Below are positions 1 to 9,455 of a stretch of DNA of 64,000 nt, piece by piece. The position numbers and the translations under genes were made by a program. The notes beneath the pieces are model-generated. The model had not been told where the DNA came from, did not search any database, and saw nothing but the letters and a program-made list of their open reading frames with translations. The number at the start of each line of letters is the position of its first letter. The stretch's first letter is position 1. The stretch spans positions 191,723 to 255,722 of the forward strand of contig JACJYR010000006.1 in the NCBI GenBank assembly GCA_020636005.1, written 5' to 3'. This stretch comes from Lewinellaceae bacterium (GTDB taxonomy: Bacteria; Bacteroidota; Bacteroidia; Chitinophagales; Saprospiraceae).

Positions 1-770
1 CCCCCGGCAAAGGCGGCCAGACCCACCTCGACCGACCTGTTTTTGATACCGTGGAACAAGCGGTGAAAAAGGCTGGGGCCAATGTTTCCGTCATTTTTGT
101 ACCGCCAGCGTTTGCGCCGGATGCCATCATGGAGGCAGCCGATGCCGGCATTAAAGTTATCATCTGTATCACCGAGGGCATCCCCGTACAGGACATGGTG
201 AAAGTGAAAGCTTTTCTGGAAGACAAGCAGGATTGCCGCCTCATCGGACCGAACTGCCCCGGCATCATCACTCCCGGCGAAGCCAAATGCGGCATTATGC
301 CGGGCTTCATCCATAAACCAGGGCGCATCGGTATCGTAAGCCGCTCCGGCACACTGACCTACGAAGCGGTTGACCAGGTGACGAAAGCTGGTATGGGCCA
401 ATCCACTTGCATTGGCATTGGTGGCGACCCCATCGTCGGCACTACTACCAAAGAAGCCGTGCAACTATTGATGAACGACCCTGATACTGACGGTATCATC
501 ATGATCGGTGAGATTGGCGGTGGCATGGAAGCAGAGGCAGCCCGCTATGTGAAGCAATACGGCACCAAACCTGTGGTGGGCTTCATTGCCGGGCAGACCG
601 CACCGAAAGGACGCAAGATGGGCCATGCCGGCGCCATCATTGGCGGTGCGGACGATACGGCAGCCGCCAAAATGAAAATAATGGAAGAGTGCGGCATCCA
701 TGTGGTGAAATCACCGGCTTCAATCGGCGAGACGATGCGCAGGGTACTGGAAGGGGAATTGGTGGCCTAA
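1..770 (+). CDS. sucD: Succinyl-CoA synthetase alpha subunit, 5' end cut by the window edge
   Basis: The reading frame is open to the window start ([21 protein letters not shown]...). Motifs [44 protein letters not shown] and the phosphohistidine loop MGHAGAII are typical of SucD. Confidence 0.93.
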   Translation, partial: PGKGGQTHLDRPVFDTVEQAVKKAGANVSVIFVPPAFAPDAIMEAADAGIKVIICITEGIPVQDMVKVKAFLEDKQDCRLIGPNCPGIITPGEAKCGIMPGFIHKPGRIGIVSRSGTLTYEAVDQVTKAGMGQSTCIGIGGDPIVGTTTKEAVQLLMNDPDTDGIIMIGEIGGGMEAEAARYVKQYGTKPVVGFIAGQTAPKGRKMGHAGAIIGGADDTAAAKMKIMEECGIHVVKSPASIGETMRRVLEGELVA

Positions 771-865
771 ATGAAACTGTATTTTTGTGTTTAGGAAAGT
801 TTGTTTTGAAAAAAGGCTGCGCTAAACACCTGAATAAACAGGATTTGGAGATAATCCTGAAAATG

Positions 866-905
866 AAAAACCGCTTGCAATCATTGTGCTGCAAGCGGTT
901 TTTTC
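866..905. terminator. Bidirectional rho-independent terminator hairpin between sucD and the convergent 922..1371 gene
   Basis: The sequence aaaaaCCGCTTGCAatcattgtgcTGCAAGCGGtttttt has a perfect 11-bp stem, flanked by an A-run on one side and a T-run on the other. Confidence 0.6.
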
Positions 906-921
906 ATTTTCAGCGAAGCAG

Positions 922-1371
922 TTAATGCCCGCCCTTTTTACTTTTTTCTGGTATTTGCTGCAAGGAATGCTTGGCTGTCCTGCAACCGGTAATTTTACCA
1001 TCCTGCTGGATAAAGGTGTCGAGCGTCAGTTCCCCCGGGTTACAAGATTGGACCGGAAAATATTTGTTCAGGAAAAGCTTGTTCCCTTTTTGCTCCAGTT
1101 CAAATGCGAACACGCTTTCGCCGCCCTGTTCCTTTGCAATCAGGTAAAAGGCCAACTCAGATTTGACCAGTTTCATGTTGCTGAACGTCACATTGCCTTC
1201 AAAATTCAGATAGAAACGATCGAGGTCGGCCTTTTTCAGTAAAAGCCAGTTTGGCCGGTTGGCCTTCGCAACCTTGACACATTCTGGCGCTTTTTGGGCA
1301 GTGGCGCCGGGTAGGGAGAAGGCAAGCAGGAAGATGGATGCCAGGAGTAGTTGGATATATACTTTCATCAT
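922..1371 (-). CDS. Hypothetical secreted protein (149 aa)
   Basis: It has an N-terminal signal peptide, MMKVYIQLLLASIFLLAFSLPGATAQ. I recognise no family. It converges on a shared terminator with sucD. Confidence 0.5.
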   Translation of the reverse strand: MMKVYIQLLLASIFLLAFSLPGATAQKAPECVKVAKANRPNWLLLKKADLDRFYLNFEGNVTFSNMKLVKSELAFYLIAKEQGGESVFAFELEQKGNKLFLNKYFPVQSCNPGELTLDTFIQQDGKITGCRTAKHSLQQIPEKSKKGGH

Positions 1372-1668
1372 TTACTTTTTTGAAAAAAACCGTTCAGGCC
1401 GATGGAAGTTGTTCGGCAAGTCTTATTTATTAATGCAAATAATGGGTTTAATTAATTGCTGTATTTTCGGTTGTTTGAAAAACGAAATCAAGGTTGTTTT
1501 TTTGAAAACCACCATGATTTAACCCCCTGAAAATCAACGAATTTTACCAATGAACCCGTTATTCATATTGGTGACAAATAAATAACAACCTGTCGATTTT
1601 GCTTTTGGAAACCTCCGGAAGGGAAATGTTTTTAGAAAAAAATAGTCATCATATTCTTCCTGCTGTCC

Positions 1669-2874
1669 CTAAACCCTTTCTATGATGGTGGCTACTCCAA
1701 TGCCGCCCCCGGCACAAAGCGTGACGACACCGGTGGACAAGTCCCTGCGTTCCAGTTCATCCAGGAGGGTGCCTAGCAACATGGCCCCCGTTGCGCCCAA
1801 TGGGTGGCCCATAGCAATCGCCCCGCCATTTACGTTTACCTTCTCGATATCCAGTTCCATGTCTTTTTGAAACTTCAACACAGCAGAAGCAAATGCCTCG
1901 TTCATTTCCCAAAGATCCACATCCCGGACTTCCATGCCCGCCAGGCCCAGGGCTTTTCGGCAGGCAGGTGCCGGGCCTGCCAGCATGATGGTGGGCTCCG
2001 TACTGACCACCGCAGAGGCAGTGATTTTTGCCTGTGGCCGCAGTCCAAGTGCTTCGCCTTTGTCTTTGTTGCCAACCAGGACCAGGGCAGCCCCGTCTGC
2101 AATGCCGGAAGAATTTCCCGCTGTGTGGACATGGTGGATAGCAGCAACCTGCGGGTAGCGTTGTATCGCCATTTCATTAAAACCCATGCTTCCTGTTTGG
2201 CTGAAGGCCGGCCGTAAGAGGCCCAGCCGTTCAAGGGTAGAGTCGGGCCGGGGGAGTTCATCTTTCTCCAAAATCAACAGGCCGTTATTATCAAAAATAG
2301 GGATAATGGATGTTGAAAAATACCCGTTTTGCCAAGCGTAACCAGCCCTTTGTTGGGAAAGCAGTGCGTAGGCATCCACGGTTTCCCTGCCAAAACCTTC
2401 CAGGGTAGCTATCAAATCGGCAGCAAGGCCCTGGGGTATGTGGTTGGCCCTTGTGATTACCTCGGGATCGAACAACAGGGCACCTCCGTCGCTGGCCAAT
2501 GGAATGCGGCTCATGCTTTCCACGCCGCCGGCAAGCAGCATTTCAGCATTCCCGGTTTGGATTTTCATGGCCGCCAGGTTCACTGCTTCCAGGCCCGATG
2601 CACAATAACGGTTGATCTGCATCCCCGGGACCGTAATCGGCCAGCCGGAAAAAAGCAGCGCAGCTTTTGCCACATTATAGCCTTGCCCGTCCACCGGTGT
2701 CACACATCCGATGATGCAATCTTCCACAGCCGACCTGTCCAGGTTGTTCCGCTGCCCGATGGCTTGCAGACATGCCCCGAGCAGGTCAACCGGCTTTATT
2801 TCATACAGGGAACCACCGGGCTTGCCCTTGCCACGGGGCGTCCTTAAGGTATCGTAAATGTAGGCAATGGGCAT
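1669..2874 (-). CDS. Acetyl-CoA C-acyltransferase (thiolase)
   Basis: Thiolase signatures are present: [11 protein letters not shown] (acyl-enzyme Cys), [25 protein letters not shown] and the C-terminal [13 protein letters not shown]. Confidence 0.9.
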   Translation of the reverse strand: MPIAYIYDTLRTPRGKGKPGGSLYEIKPVDLLGACLQAIGQRNNLDRSAVEDCIIGCVTPVDGQGYNVAKAALLFSGWPITVPGMQINRYCASGLEAVNLAAMKIQTGNAEMLLAGGVESMSRIPLASDGGALLFDPEVITRANHIPQGLAADLIATLEGFGRETVDAYALLSQQRAGYAWQNGYFSTSIIPIFDNNGLLILEKDELPRPDSTLERLGLLRPAFSQTGSMGFNEMAIQRYPQVAAIHHVHTAGNSSGIADGAALVLVGNKDKGEALGLRPQAKITASAVVSTEPTIMLAGPAPACRKALGLAGMEVRDVDLWEMNEAFASAVLKFQKDMELDIEKVNVNGGAIAMGHPLGATGAMLLGTLLDELERRDLSTGVVTLCAGGGIGVATIIERV

Positions 2875-2960
2875 TTGGTAGTTTTGAGTATTGAGTGTAA
2901 GGTTTTTGAGTTGGGGTGTGATGCACTCAAAACCCTAAACCCTAAACACAAAACTTTTAT

Positions 2961-3112
2961 GGTTCTTTGACAAATCGTGTGTAAAGCCGTTAAAACGGCT
3001 CATAAAATAGCTGTCTTTTAACCCACGACTTAAGTCGTGGGTTGATAATCAATAGCTTATGTCAAAAACCGTTTTAACGGTTTTCCTTTTTCCACACGAT
3101 TGGTCAAAGAAC
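2961..3112. repeat. Long imperfect palindrome (~150 bp) in the gldG-thiolase spacer
   Basis: The outer arms are ggttctttgacaaatcgtgtg (2961-2981) and cacacgattggtcaaagaac (3093-3112). Inner arms include agccgttaaaacggct and aaaaccgttttaacggtttt. The central perfect hairpin is acccacgacttaagtcgtgggt (3021-3042). Confidence 0.6.
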
Positions 3113-3120
3113 GACTTTTA

Positions 3121-4620
3121 TTAAGCATAGCGCTCCTGCATCCGCTGCATGCGGAGGCTCCGCTGGCGCTGGTTGCGGAAAAAGCCATAGAGGACGACCA
3201 ACAGGATCGGCAGGCCAAAATTCAGGTATTTCAGCATATTTCTGGTACCGGCATTGTCGTCGCCGAGGTACTCCTCCTTAATAGGTCTGGTGGCTACCCC
3301 TTTGGTGCGCAGTTCGATGAGGCCCGTATCGTCGGAAAGCCAGTCGATGCTGTTCACCATGAGGTTGATGTTGTCCTCGCTTTGCCCCCTGCCCTGGCCT
3401 GTCACGGGGAAGTCCCCATCGCCGATGACGATCATTTTGCCCGGGCCGGCCTCCTCCAGGATACCCCCGATGGTGATGTTGGATTGTTGAAAATCAGCTG
3501 CTGTCCATTGCTTGCCCATAACGTTGAAATTAGTTGGCGCCGGCGAGGTAGCAGCTTTGGCAGAGGAATGTAAAAAAGTCGTCCAGGTGCCGGAGCCAGT
3601 GTAGTTCACCGGGCTGGCAAACGGCAGGATGACCTGCTCCAATCCTTTCGTGATGGGGTTTTCAGGAAACTGGCTGAGCAAGGGCAGGTAAGGGAATTGC
3701 ACCGGGGTGTTTATCATAAAGAACCCTTGTTGCTGTTGCACGGTTACCGAACCGCACTGGGAGTCGAGGATAAAAGAAGGCTCGACATTGATGCCTTTGC
3801 CTTGCAACCAGGTTTCCAGGCCTGTATTGACTACTGTACCGCTTTGTGTTTGCAGATCGCCATTAACCCTGTTGATGGCAATGAAAAGGTTGCCGCCGGT
3901 GCCCAGGTAGCTGTCGAGCTTGGCCAATTGGTCGGGCGGGAAGCTATCGGCAGGTGCCACTATCGCGATAGCTTTGTATTTGGACAAATCCGTTTCCGTA
4001 CCAAGGCTCACCGGCTCCACAGTATAAAGTATGCTCAATGACTGGTACACCTGACCAAGTTCCTGCAACGAAGGTTCGCCGTTCCCCTGCACAATGCCCA
4101 CGGACGGCTTGTCGGCCACCGATATTTTTTTGATGCCCGTGCTGAGGGCATACTCCATGCCAGTGCCAGAAACCACCAAAGGGATCACATCCGTCTGTTC
4201 GCCCATCTTGATGATGGCACCGAGGAAAGCTTTTTGCTGTTTGCTTTGGTCTTTATCCCTGGTATTGATCATTACCGGGCGGATGCCACTTTGGGCGGCT
4301 TCCTGCTCTTTTTCCTCGCTCACGCCGGGATCCACAAACTGATAATCCAGCATATTCTTCGAGGTGTTGCGGTATTCGACCAGCATTTCCTGGAAGTCCT
4401 GCTTGATGTTTTCCAAATCCGGCGGCAGGTTTTCTGAGAAATAGGCTGTGACCGTCACTGGATTGTCCAGGTTTTTCAAAATGTCACGGGTAGCCTTGCT
4501 CAGGGTATATTGCTTGCCCTCGGTAAAATCGAGCCGGACGAAGAAACGCTGCGATAAAACATTGACCAGCAGCAGGATTCCTGCAAGCAACAGAATGGTG
4601 ACTGCGGTTATTTTTTTCAT
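3121..4620 (-). CDS. gldG: Gliding-motility ABC transporter auxiliary component GldG
   Basis: It has an N-terminal TM segment (MKKITAVTILLLAGILLLVNV), a large periplasmic ABC-associated domain and a C-terminal TM segment (LNFGLPILLVVLYGFF). It lies directly downstream of gldF and gldA. Confidence 0.85.
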   Translation of the reverse strand: MKKITAVTILLLAGILLLVNVLSQRFFVRLDFTEGKQYTLSKATRDILKNLDNPVTVTAYFSENLPPDLENIKQDFQEMLVEYRNTSKNMLDYQFVDPGVSEEKEQEAAQSGIRPVMINTRDKDQSKQQKAFLGAIIKMGEQTDVIPLVVSGTGMEYALSTGIKKISVADKPSVGIVQGNGEPSLQELGQVYQSLSILYTVEPVSLGTETDLSKYKAIAIVAPADSFPPDQLAKLDSYLGTGGNLFIAINRVNGDLQTQSGTVVNTGLETWLQGKGINVEPSFILDSQCGSVTVQQQQGFFMINTPVQFPYLPLLSQFPENPITKGLEQVILPFASPVNYTGSGTWTTFLHSSAKAATSPAPTNFNVMGKQWTAADFQQSNITIGGILEEAGPGKMIVIGDGDFPVTGQGRGQSEDNINLMVNSIDWLSDDTGLIELRTKGVATRPIKEEYLGDDNAGTRNMLKYLNFGLPILLVVLYGFFRNQRQRSLRMQRMQERYA

Positions 4621-4682
4621 GTTTTGATAAGTGTCAAATGCGGCAGGCTTGCTGGGCGCAATCTTGCCACAGTCTTTTTAGG

Positions 4683-5399
4683 TTAGTCCCGTTTTCCAAT
4701 ATTCCATTCGGCCAGGAAGAGGCCAAGCAGAATGATGGTGGCAAAATAGAAGATGTCCTTGCTGTCGATGACGCCCCTTGAGATGCTGTCAAAATGGTTG
4801 GAAATGCTCAGCATCTTGAAGAAGCTGCCAAACCAGCCCGTCATCCCGCTGCCGATGGCATCGAATAAAAAATGGAAGGCCAGCCCAATAAACAAGGAGA
4901 GCAGAAAAGCGACTATCTGATTGTTGGTGATGGTGCTGGCGAACAAACCGATGCTGATGTAGGCGGATGCCATGAGGATAAGCCCGAGGTAGCCGCAAAG
5001 CGTGGCACCGTGGTCGAGGTTGCCCAAATTGGCGACTGTAATGTAGTACGGAAGCGTGAACAACAGGGCGATGCACACCATAAGCAGGCAGGACAGGAAT
5101 TTACCCAAAACGACCTGGCGGTTGGTCACGTTTTTAGTGAGCAGTAGCTCGATGGTACCCGTGCGTTTTTCCTCGGCGAACTGTCGCATGGTAATGGCAG
5201 GGATGAAGAGCAGCAGGGTCAGTTGCGCCACTTCGAAGAACACCTGCAAATCGGCTTGTTTGCGCAAAAAAACGTCGGCCCCGATAAGCCAGGTAAACAG
5301 GCCGGTGAGGCCCAGAAAAACGATGAGCAGGATGTAGGCAACAAGCGAATCGAAATAACCTGCCAATTCTCTTTTTGCGATAACCCAGGTAGGATGCAT
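4683..5399 (-). CDS. gldF: Gliding-motility ABC transporter permease GldF
   Basis: This is a 238-aa polytopic ABC-2 type permease (VIAKRELAGYFDSLVAYILL...), sandwiched between gldA and gldG. Confidence 0.85.
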   Translation of the reverse strand: MHPTWVIAKRELAGYFDSLVAYILLIVFLGLTGLFTWLIGADVFLRKQADLQVFFEVAQLTLLLFIPAITMRQFAEEKRTGTIELLLTKNVTNRQVVLGKFLSCLLMVCIALLFTLPYYITVANLGNLDHGATLCGYLGLILMASAYISIGLFASTITNNQIVAFLLSLFIGLAFHFLFDAIGSGMTGWFGSFFKMLSISNHFDSISRGVIDSKDIFYFATIILLGLFLAEWNIGKRD

Positions 5400-5508
5400 G
5401 GCTGAAATTTGAGTTACGAGTTTTGAGTTACGGGATTTGATTTGAAAGTGAATTAATCACCTAAAACCAAAGTGAAAAAACCACCTGAACACACAAACAA
5501 CTAAGCGC

Positions 5509-6432
5509 TCAATTCAAGGTCAGGTCACGGAAGATATCTTCCAGCCTTGTTTCAAAAGGCACCATTTCGGTGAGCGCCCATTTGTTTTTTACACAAAGGT
5601 TGAAAACGTCCCTGTTCGATGCGGCATCCTGCACGCTCTGCACTTCAAAGCGGTTGGCCGCCTGGTCAAGAATGTCCACCATGGCCACAGAGGGCAATGC
5701 CCGGAGTTTTTCAAAAATATCGTTGGTACTGCCATCCTCAATCCTGACCTGTAATACTTGCTGGCCTTGTGCCTGCTTGCGCAGGGTAGCCGCCGTTCCG
5801 TCGGCGACTATCTTGCCTTTGTTGATGATGAGGATGCGGTCGCAGGTAGCCTCTACTTCCGGCAGGATATGGGTGCTTAGGATGACGGTCTTCTCTTTCC
5901 CGATGTTTTTGATCAATTCCCGGATCTCGACGATTTGGTTGGGGTCGAGGCCCGTAGTAGGCTCGTCGAGGATAAGGATTTCAGGGTCGTGGATCATGGC
6001 CTGTGCGAGGCCGACCCGCTGGCGGTAGCCCTTGGATAGCTCGCCGATTTTCTTGTGCTTTTCGGCATCAAGCCCACAAACCCGCACCATGTAGCGTATC
6101 CGCTCCGGAATCAGCCCTTTGTCCATGCCCTGAATGGAGGCACAAAAAGCCAGGTAATCGATCACAGGCATTTCCGTATAGAGCGGGTTGTGCTCGGGCA
6201 GGTAGCCGATGTGGCGTTTGGTCTCGCCGCTTTTAACAGCCTTGCCGCCGATGAACACCTCCCCCTGGTCGCCATCAATGTAGCCTGTGATGATTTTCAT
6301 CGTGGTGGTTTTCCCGGCACCGTTGGGGCCGAGGAAGCCGAGGATTTCACCAGTCTTCACCTCAAAGCTGATGTTGTCCACTGCTTTTTGGAAGCCGTAG
6401 GTCTTGGTCAGGTTTTGAATTGAAATATCCAT
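5509..6432 (-). CDS. gldA: Gliding-motility ABC transporter ATP-binding protein GldA
   Basis: It has Walker A GPNGAGKTT, the ABC signature LSKGYRQRVGLA and Walker B ILILDEPTTGLD. I chose the start at MDISIQNLTK (6432) rather than the upstream ORF-track Met at 6516. Confidence 0.88.
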   Translation of the reverse strand: MDISIQNLTKTYGFQKAVDNISFEVKTGEILGFLGPNGAGKTTTMKIITGYIDGDQGEVFIGGKAVKSGETKRHIGYLPEHNPLYTEMPVIDYLAFCASIQGMDKGLIPERIRYMVRVCGLDAEKHKKIGELSKGYRQRVGLAQAMIHDPEILILDEPTTGLDPNQIVEIRELIKNIGKEKTVILSTHILPEVEATCDRILIINKGKIVADGTAATLRKQAQGQQVLQVRIEDGSTNDIFEKLRALPSVAMVDILDQAANRFEVQSVQDAASNRDVFNLCVKNKWALTEMVPFETRLEDIFRDLTLN

Positions 6433-6710
6433 AAACTGAAATGGTTTTGATCGCAGGAAACCTGTTGTAAGGGTTTTAGTGAAACAGCCCAGCAAGGTCG
6501 TTTCGACTGCGAACATTGGACGGGATTTAGTTGGAGGCAGCCTTGAACAGGGTGCTGCTTTCTTCGGGACGCAAAAATAAAATTCAAGGGGACAAAGGAA
6601 AAAAGAAGGCTAAACTTTTGCCTAACATCGGTAGCAATTTGAATTACCTTAACAAACGCCCTGTACAGCTTTTACCCGAACAGGACAGATTTTTGCATTT
6701 TGCCAACTTT

Positions 6711-6822
6711 TTAAGTAACGATGAAAAAATAACTTCACCATTTTAATTTTGAAAGCCCCAGCATTGGAGGGGTTTTTTAAAAATAATCCCGATTTAACAT
6801 CGGGATTATTTTTCCTTCGATC
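6711..6822 (+). repeat. Dispersed intergenic repeat family 1, copy 1 (full length, orphan position)
   Basis: It is about 90% identical to 52962..53072 and, in reverse complement, to 30993..31073. The consensus is GTAACGATGAAAAAATA.CTTCACCATTTT.ATTTTGAAA.CCCCAG..TGGA.GGGTTTTTTAAAAATAATCCCGAT-loop-ATCGGGATTATTTTTCCTTCGATC. It contains a 12-bp perfect hairpin (6782-6810) followed by a T-run. Confidence 0.7.
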
Positions 6823-6843
6823 CTAAACATCACAAACCCAAAT

Positions 6844-7017
6844 GGCCGTGAAGATTTTGGTTTTACGTTTATGGTTGGCCAAAGCCTTGAAACAAGGGGA
6901 TCTTTATTGTTGAAAGGTGGGTCAAGCGCTCAAGGCCTTCGAAAATAGTTTTGAAATACGACGCACCGGGGCTATTGGGAAAAACCATAAAACCCAATCC
7001 ATAAACCTTCACGGACC
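6844..7017. repeat. Long imperfect palindrome (~175 bp) immediately after family-1 copy 1
   Basis: The outer arms ggccgtgaagattttggttttacgtttatgg and ccataaaacccaatccataaaccttcacggacc pair imperfectly. Inner arms are gccttga...tcaaggc. Confidence 0.5.
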
Positions 7018-7041
7018 ATTGAAATTCAAATCTATCGGATT

Positions 7042-7671
7042 ATGAAACAGTTACTATTTCCATTTTGCATTGCTTGGTTGTTCATAGGTTGTGGAGGTAG
7101 TGATAGCACTGCCCCTGCTCCTGCCAAAAGCGGTTCGGTCGTTGCACCGCTTGATTTATCTGGTTTTCAATTGAGGGACATACCCGGCACTGACCTGAAA
7201 AAAGCCATCAAACTGGACGAAGCGGGCCATGTCAGGGAAGAAGGCACCCTGCGAAACGGCAAGCGCTACGGCACCTGGGTCGTTTACCACAACGACAAAG
7301 AAATACCCTTCACCGTCTCCAATTATGTGGACGACCAACTGAGCGGCCTGCACATGGAATTAACGCCGATCGGACAGGTCGTGCTCACCGCTGGCTACAT
7401 CAACAATCAATTGGATGGGCGTTTTGCCAGGACAAAAAACGGCCGGATAACTGAGGAAGGCTACTATAAAAATGGCCAGTTCGATGGCGTGTACAAACGT
7501 TACTACGAAAACACGGATATCCTGCAGCAGGAGGTAAGCTATAAGGAGGGAAAATTGCATGGCCCTTCAAAATACTACAATGAAGCAGGTGATCTGGTAA
7601 TGGAGTATGAATACAAAAACGGCGAGAAAGTCCGGGGAGACATATTAAAACCGGAAGCGTCGGGCAAATAG
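7042..7671 (+). CDS. MORN-variant (YwqK-like) repeat lipoprotein
   Basis: It has a lipoprotein signal, LFIGCGGSD. Repeated G.[RK].G.W..Y..NG units are present (NGKRYGTWVVYH, NQLDGRFARTKNG, KNGQFDGVYKRYYEN, KEGKLHGPSKYYNEAG, YKNGEK). Confidence 0.75.
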   Translation: MKQLLFPFCIAWLFIGCGGSDSTAPAPAKSGSVVAPLDLSGFQLRDIPGTDLKKAIKLDEAGHVREEGTLRNGKRYGTWVVYHNDKEIPFTVSNYVDDQLSGLHMELTPIGQVVLTAGYINNQLDGRFARTKNGRITEEGYYKNGQFDGVYKRYYENTDILQQEVSYKEGKLHGPSKYYNEAGDLVMEYEYKNGEKVRGDILKPEASGK

Positions 7672-7694
7672 GCGTTTTTCAAATAACACAAAAA

Positions 7695-7725
7695 AGGCCC
7701 AAAGTCCAACAGGACTTCGGGCCTT
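7695..7725. terminator. Bidirectional terminator hairpin between convergent genes
   Basis: The sequence aaaaaGGCCCAAAGTCCaacaGGACTTCGGGCCttt has a 12-bp stem containing one G-U/mismatch position. Confidence 0.6.
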
Positions 7726-7747
7726 TGCTATTTCAACGAGATTTTTC

Positions 7748-9085
7748 TTATTGGCAGCCCAGATCGGCCTGCGATTGAAGGTCGTTATTGGGAAAACAAT
7801 TTCCTGAAAGCACTTGATCCGGCACATACCGGTGCATGTTGTGATCGTGGAGCGCATTTTCCAAAAACGCTACCAAATCGGCTTTTTCACTGTCAGAAAG
7901 CCCAAGCGGGCGGAACTGCGGGGCAATTTGATCTTTTGGCACCCGTGCATTTTCGGGCTCGGCTTTGTTGAAGTATTCTACTACCTCCTGCATGTTGCGC
8001 TTGCTGCTGCCATGAAAGAAAAATGGTGTTTCTTTCATGTTGTACAACTGAGGGACTTTGAATTTATAGAGATCTTCCGCCTTGCCGGTAAAACCACCCC
8101 TTCCCAGGTTGGCTTTGTCGTTGACATTGGTCTTAATCGCTTGGCCAGTTTCGTATAAATCCTTGACCCCGATGGCAAAAAACTGATCCGGGTTGTTGAG
8201 GGGTTTTCCGTTGTGGCATTTGACGCAGCCTGCCTGCCCAAAAAACAGCAATGCGCCCCGTTTTTCCTGTTCGGTCATCGCCGTTTCATCGCCTTTCAAA
8301 TATTGCTGAAATGGGGCGTCGTTGGCAATTAAGGTGCGCAAATAGGCTGCCATGGCAAAAGCAGCGGGTATCTCCGAGTACCTTTCGCTTTGATCCACTT
8401 CCGGGAAAGCAGCGTCGAAGAGGGGTTTGTAGCCCAGGGAGTCTGCAATTTGCTCATTCATCAAAAACCGGTGAACTTTGGTAAACACCTCGATGGACTG
8501 GGTCTCAGGGCCCAATAATCCCAGCTTGTTGATTTCGGTTTCACCCACCCACTGATCCTCTGTTCCAAGGTTGTTGTATGTTCCACCAAATTTGCCCGAC
8601 CAGGTCGTGTTCGGCACGAAGGCGACGTTCATTACATTCAAAGCCCTCACACCCTGAACATCCGGTTCCTCATCATTGTAAAAAATGTACTTGACCCTGC
8701 CCTCGCCGTTTTGGCCAAAACCTACTCCGCCATCGGCTATACCCTGTGCCCTGCCGGGCATGAAGCCTGCTTCGGGTACGTGGCAACTGGAGCAGGAAAA
8801 CGTGCCCTTGCCTTCTGCATGTTTTGGCAACAGTGCCAGGCCTGTCTCGTAAAAGAGCATCTTGCCAAGCTCTACTTTTTGCGCCGTCAGGGGGTTTTGG
8901 GGGTCTTGCGGGATGTTGGCAAAATCGGTAGGATCGGGCAGGATAAAATGGTCGAACTCCCCCGTCGGGGAAGCACGCTTGATGGCTTTTTCCAATTCCA
9001 CTTCGAGCGGTTTGGTCAGCTGGTCGGAAGAACAAGCTGACAGTATCAAAACCATTGCTATTGCACCAGGTAGAAAATTTTTCAT
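7748..9085 (-). CDS. Di-haem cytochrome c peroxidase family lipoprotein
   Basis: It has a lipoprotein signal (MVLILSACSS) and two CXXCH haem motifs (CSSCHVPEAGF and CVKCHNGKPL) with the spacing typical of the CCP/MauG family. Confidence 0.88.
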   Translation of the reverse strand: MKNFLPGAIAMVLILSACSSDQLTKPLEVELEKAIKRASPTGEFDHFILPDPTDFANIPQDPQNPLTAQKVELGKMLFYETGLALLPKHAEGKGTFSCSSCHVPEAGFMPGRAQGIADGGVGFGQNGEGRVKYIFYNDEEPDVQGVRALNVMNVAFVPNTTWSGKFGGTYNNLGTEDQWVGETEINKLGLLGPETQSIEVFTKVHRFLMNEQIADSLGYKPLFDAAFPEVDQSERYSEIPAAFAMAAYLRTLIANDAPFQQYLKGDETAMTEQEKRGALLFFGQAGCVKCHNGKPLNNPDQFFAIGVKDLYETGQAIKTNVNDKANLGRGGFTGKAEDLYKFKVPQLYNMKETPFFFHGSSKRNMQEVVEYFNKAEPENARVPKDQIAPQFRPLGLSDSEKADLVAFLENALHDHNMHRYVPDQVLSGNCFPNNDLQSQADLGCQ

Positions 9086-9455
9086 CTTTTGAAGTTGCTT
9101 ATGTTATGGGATCTTTTATCGTAAACAATAAGGTCTTTGGCAAAAGCTAAAATCCCGCCAAAGGCTTTACAGGAAGGTAGTTTGGGTTGGAAACAGTAAA
9201 CGGAAAAAGGGATGAATTCGGAATTTTTACCTGGCAAAATTAATGCGAGAAATTGACATATTCAAAAAGTCAATGGAGAAAGGGCAGCTATTTTCTTTTC
9301 CACTTCTATCGGGGTTATGCTAATTGTTAAAAACAATCCTATAAATTTGGGCTTTACCTGCTTTCAGGCTGCTTATTTGTTCATTTTGAGCAACTTGCGA
9401 ACTAAAACCATGCAGCAACGTACCATAAAATACTTGAACCAAATCTTTCCCGGCC

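Noticed and set aside
6433-6516. N-terminal extensions offered by the ORF track for gldA (to 6516), tpiA (from 18674), the tandem-repeat adhesin (to 48587), the LytTR regulator (to 62177) and the CotH-like gene (from 36026).
   Set aside because: In each case an internal Met restores the canonical family N-terminus or a proper signal peptide: MDISIQNL, MKRQRIVAGNWKMN, MRPSVQKLL..., MKTLSTIKLMVLD, MNKSVLF. The extensions have no homology-like features.
6531-6746. Two small ORFs (6531..6746 and 52772..52996) that share the C-terminus LSNDEKI[TS]SPF.
   Set aside because: The shared ending is simply the translation of the first 35 nt of repeat family 1. The upstream parts of the two ORFs are unrelated, so the conserved thing is a DNA/RNA repeat, not a peptide.
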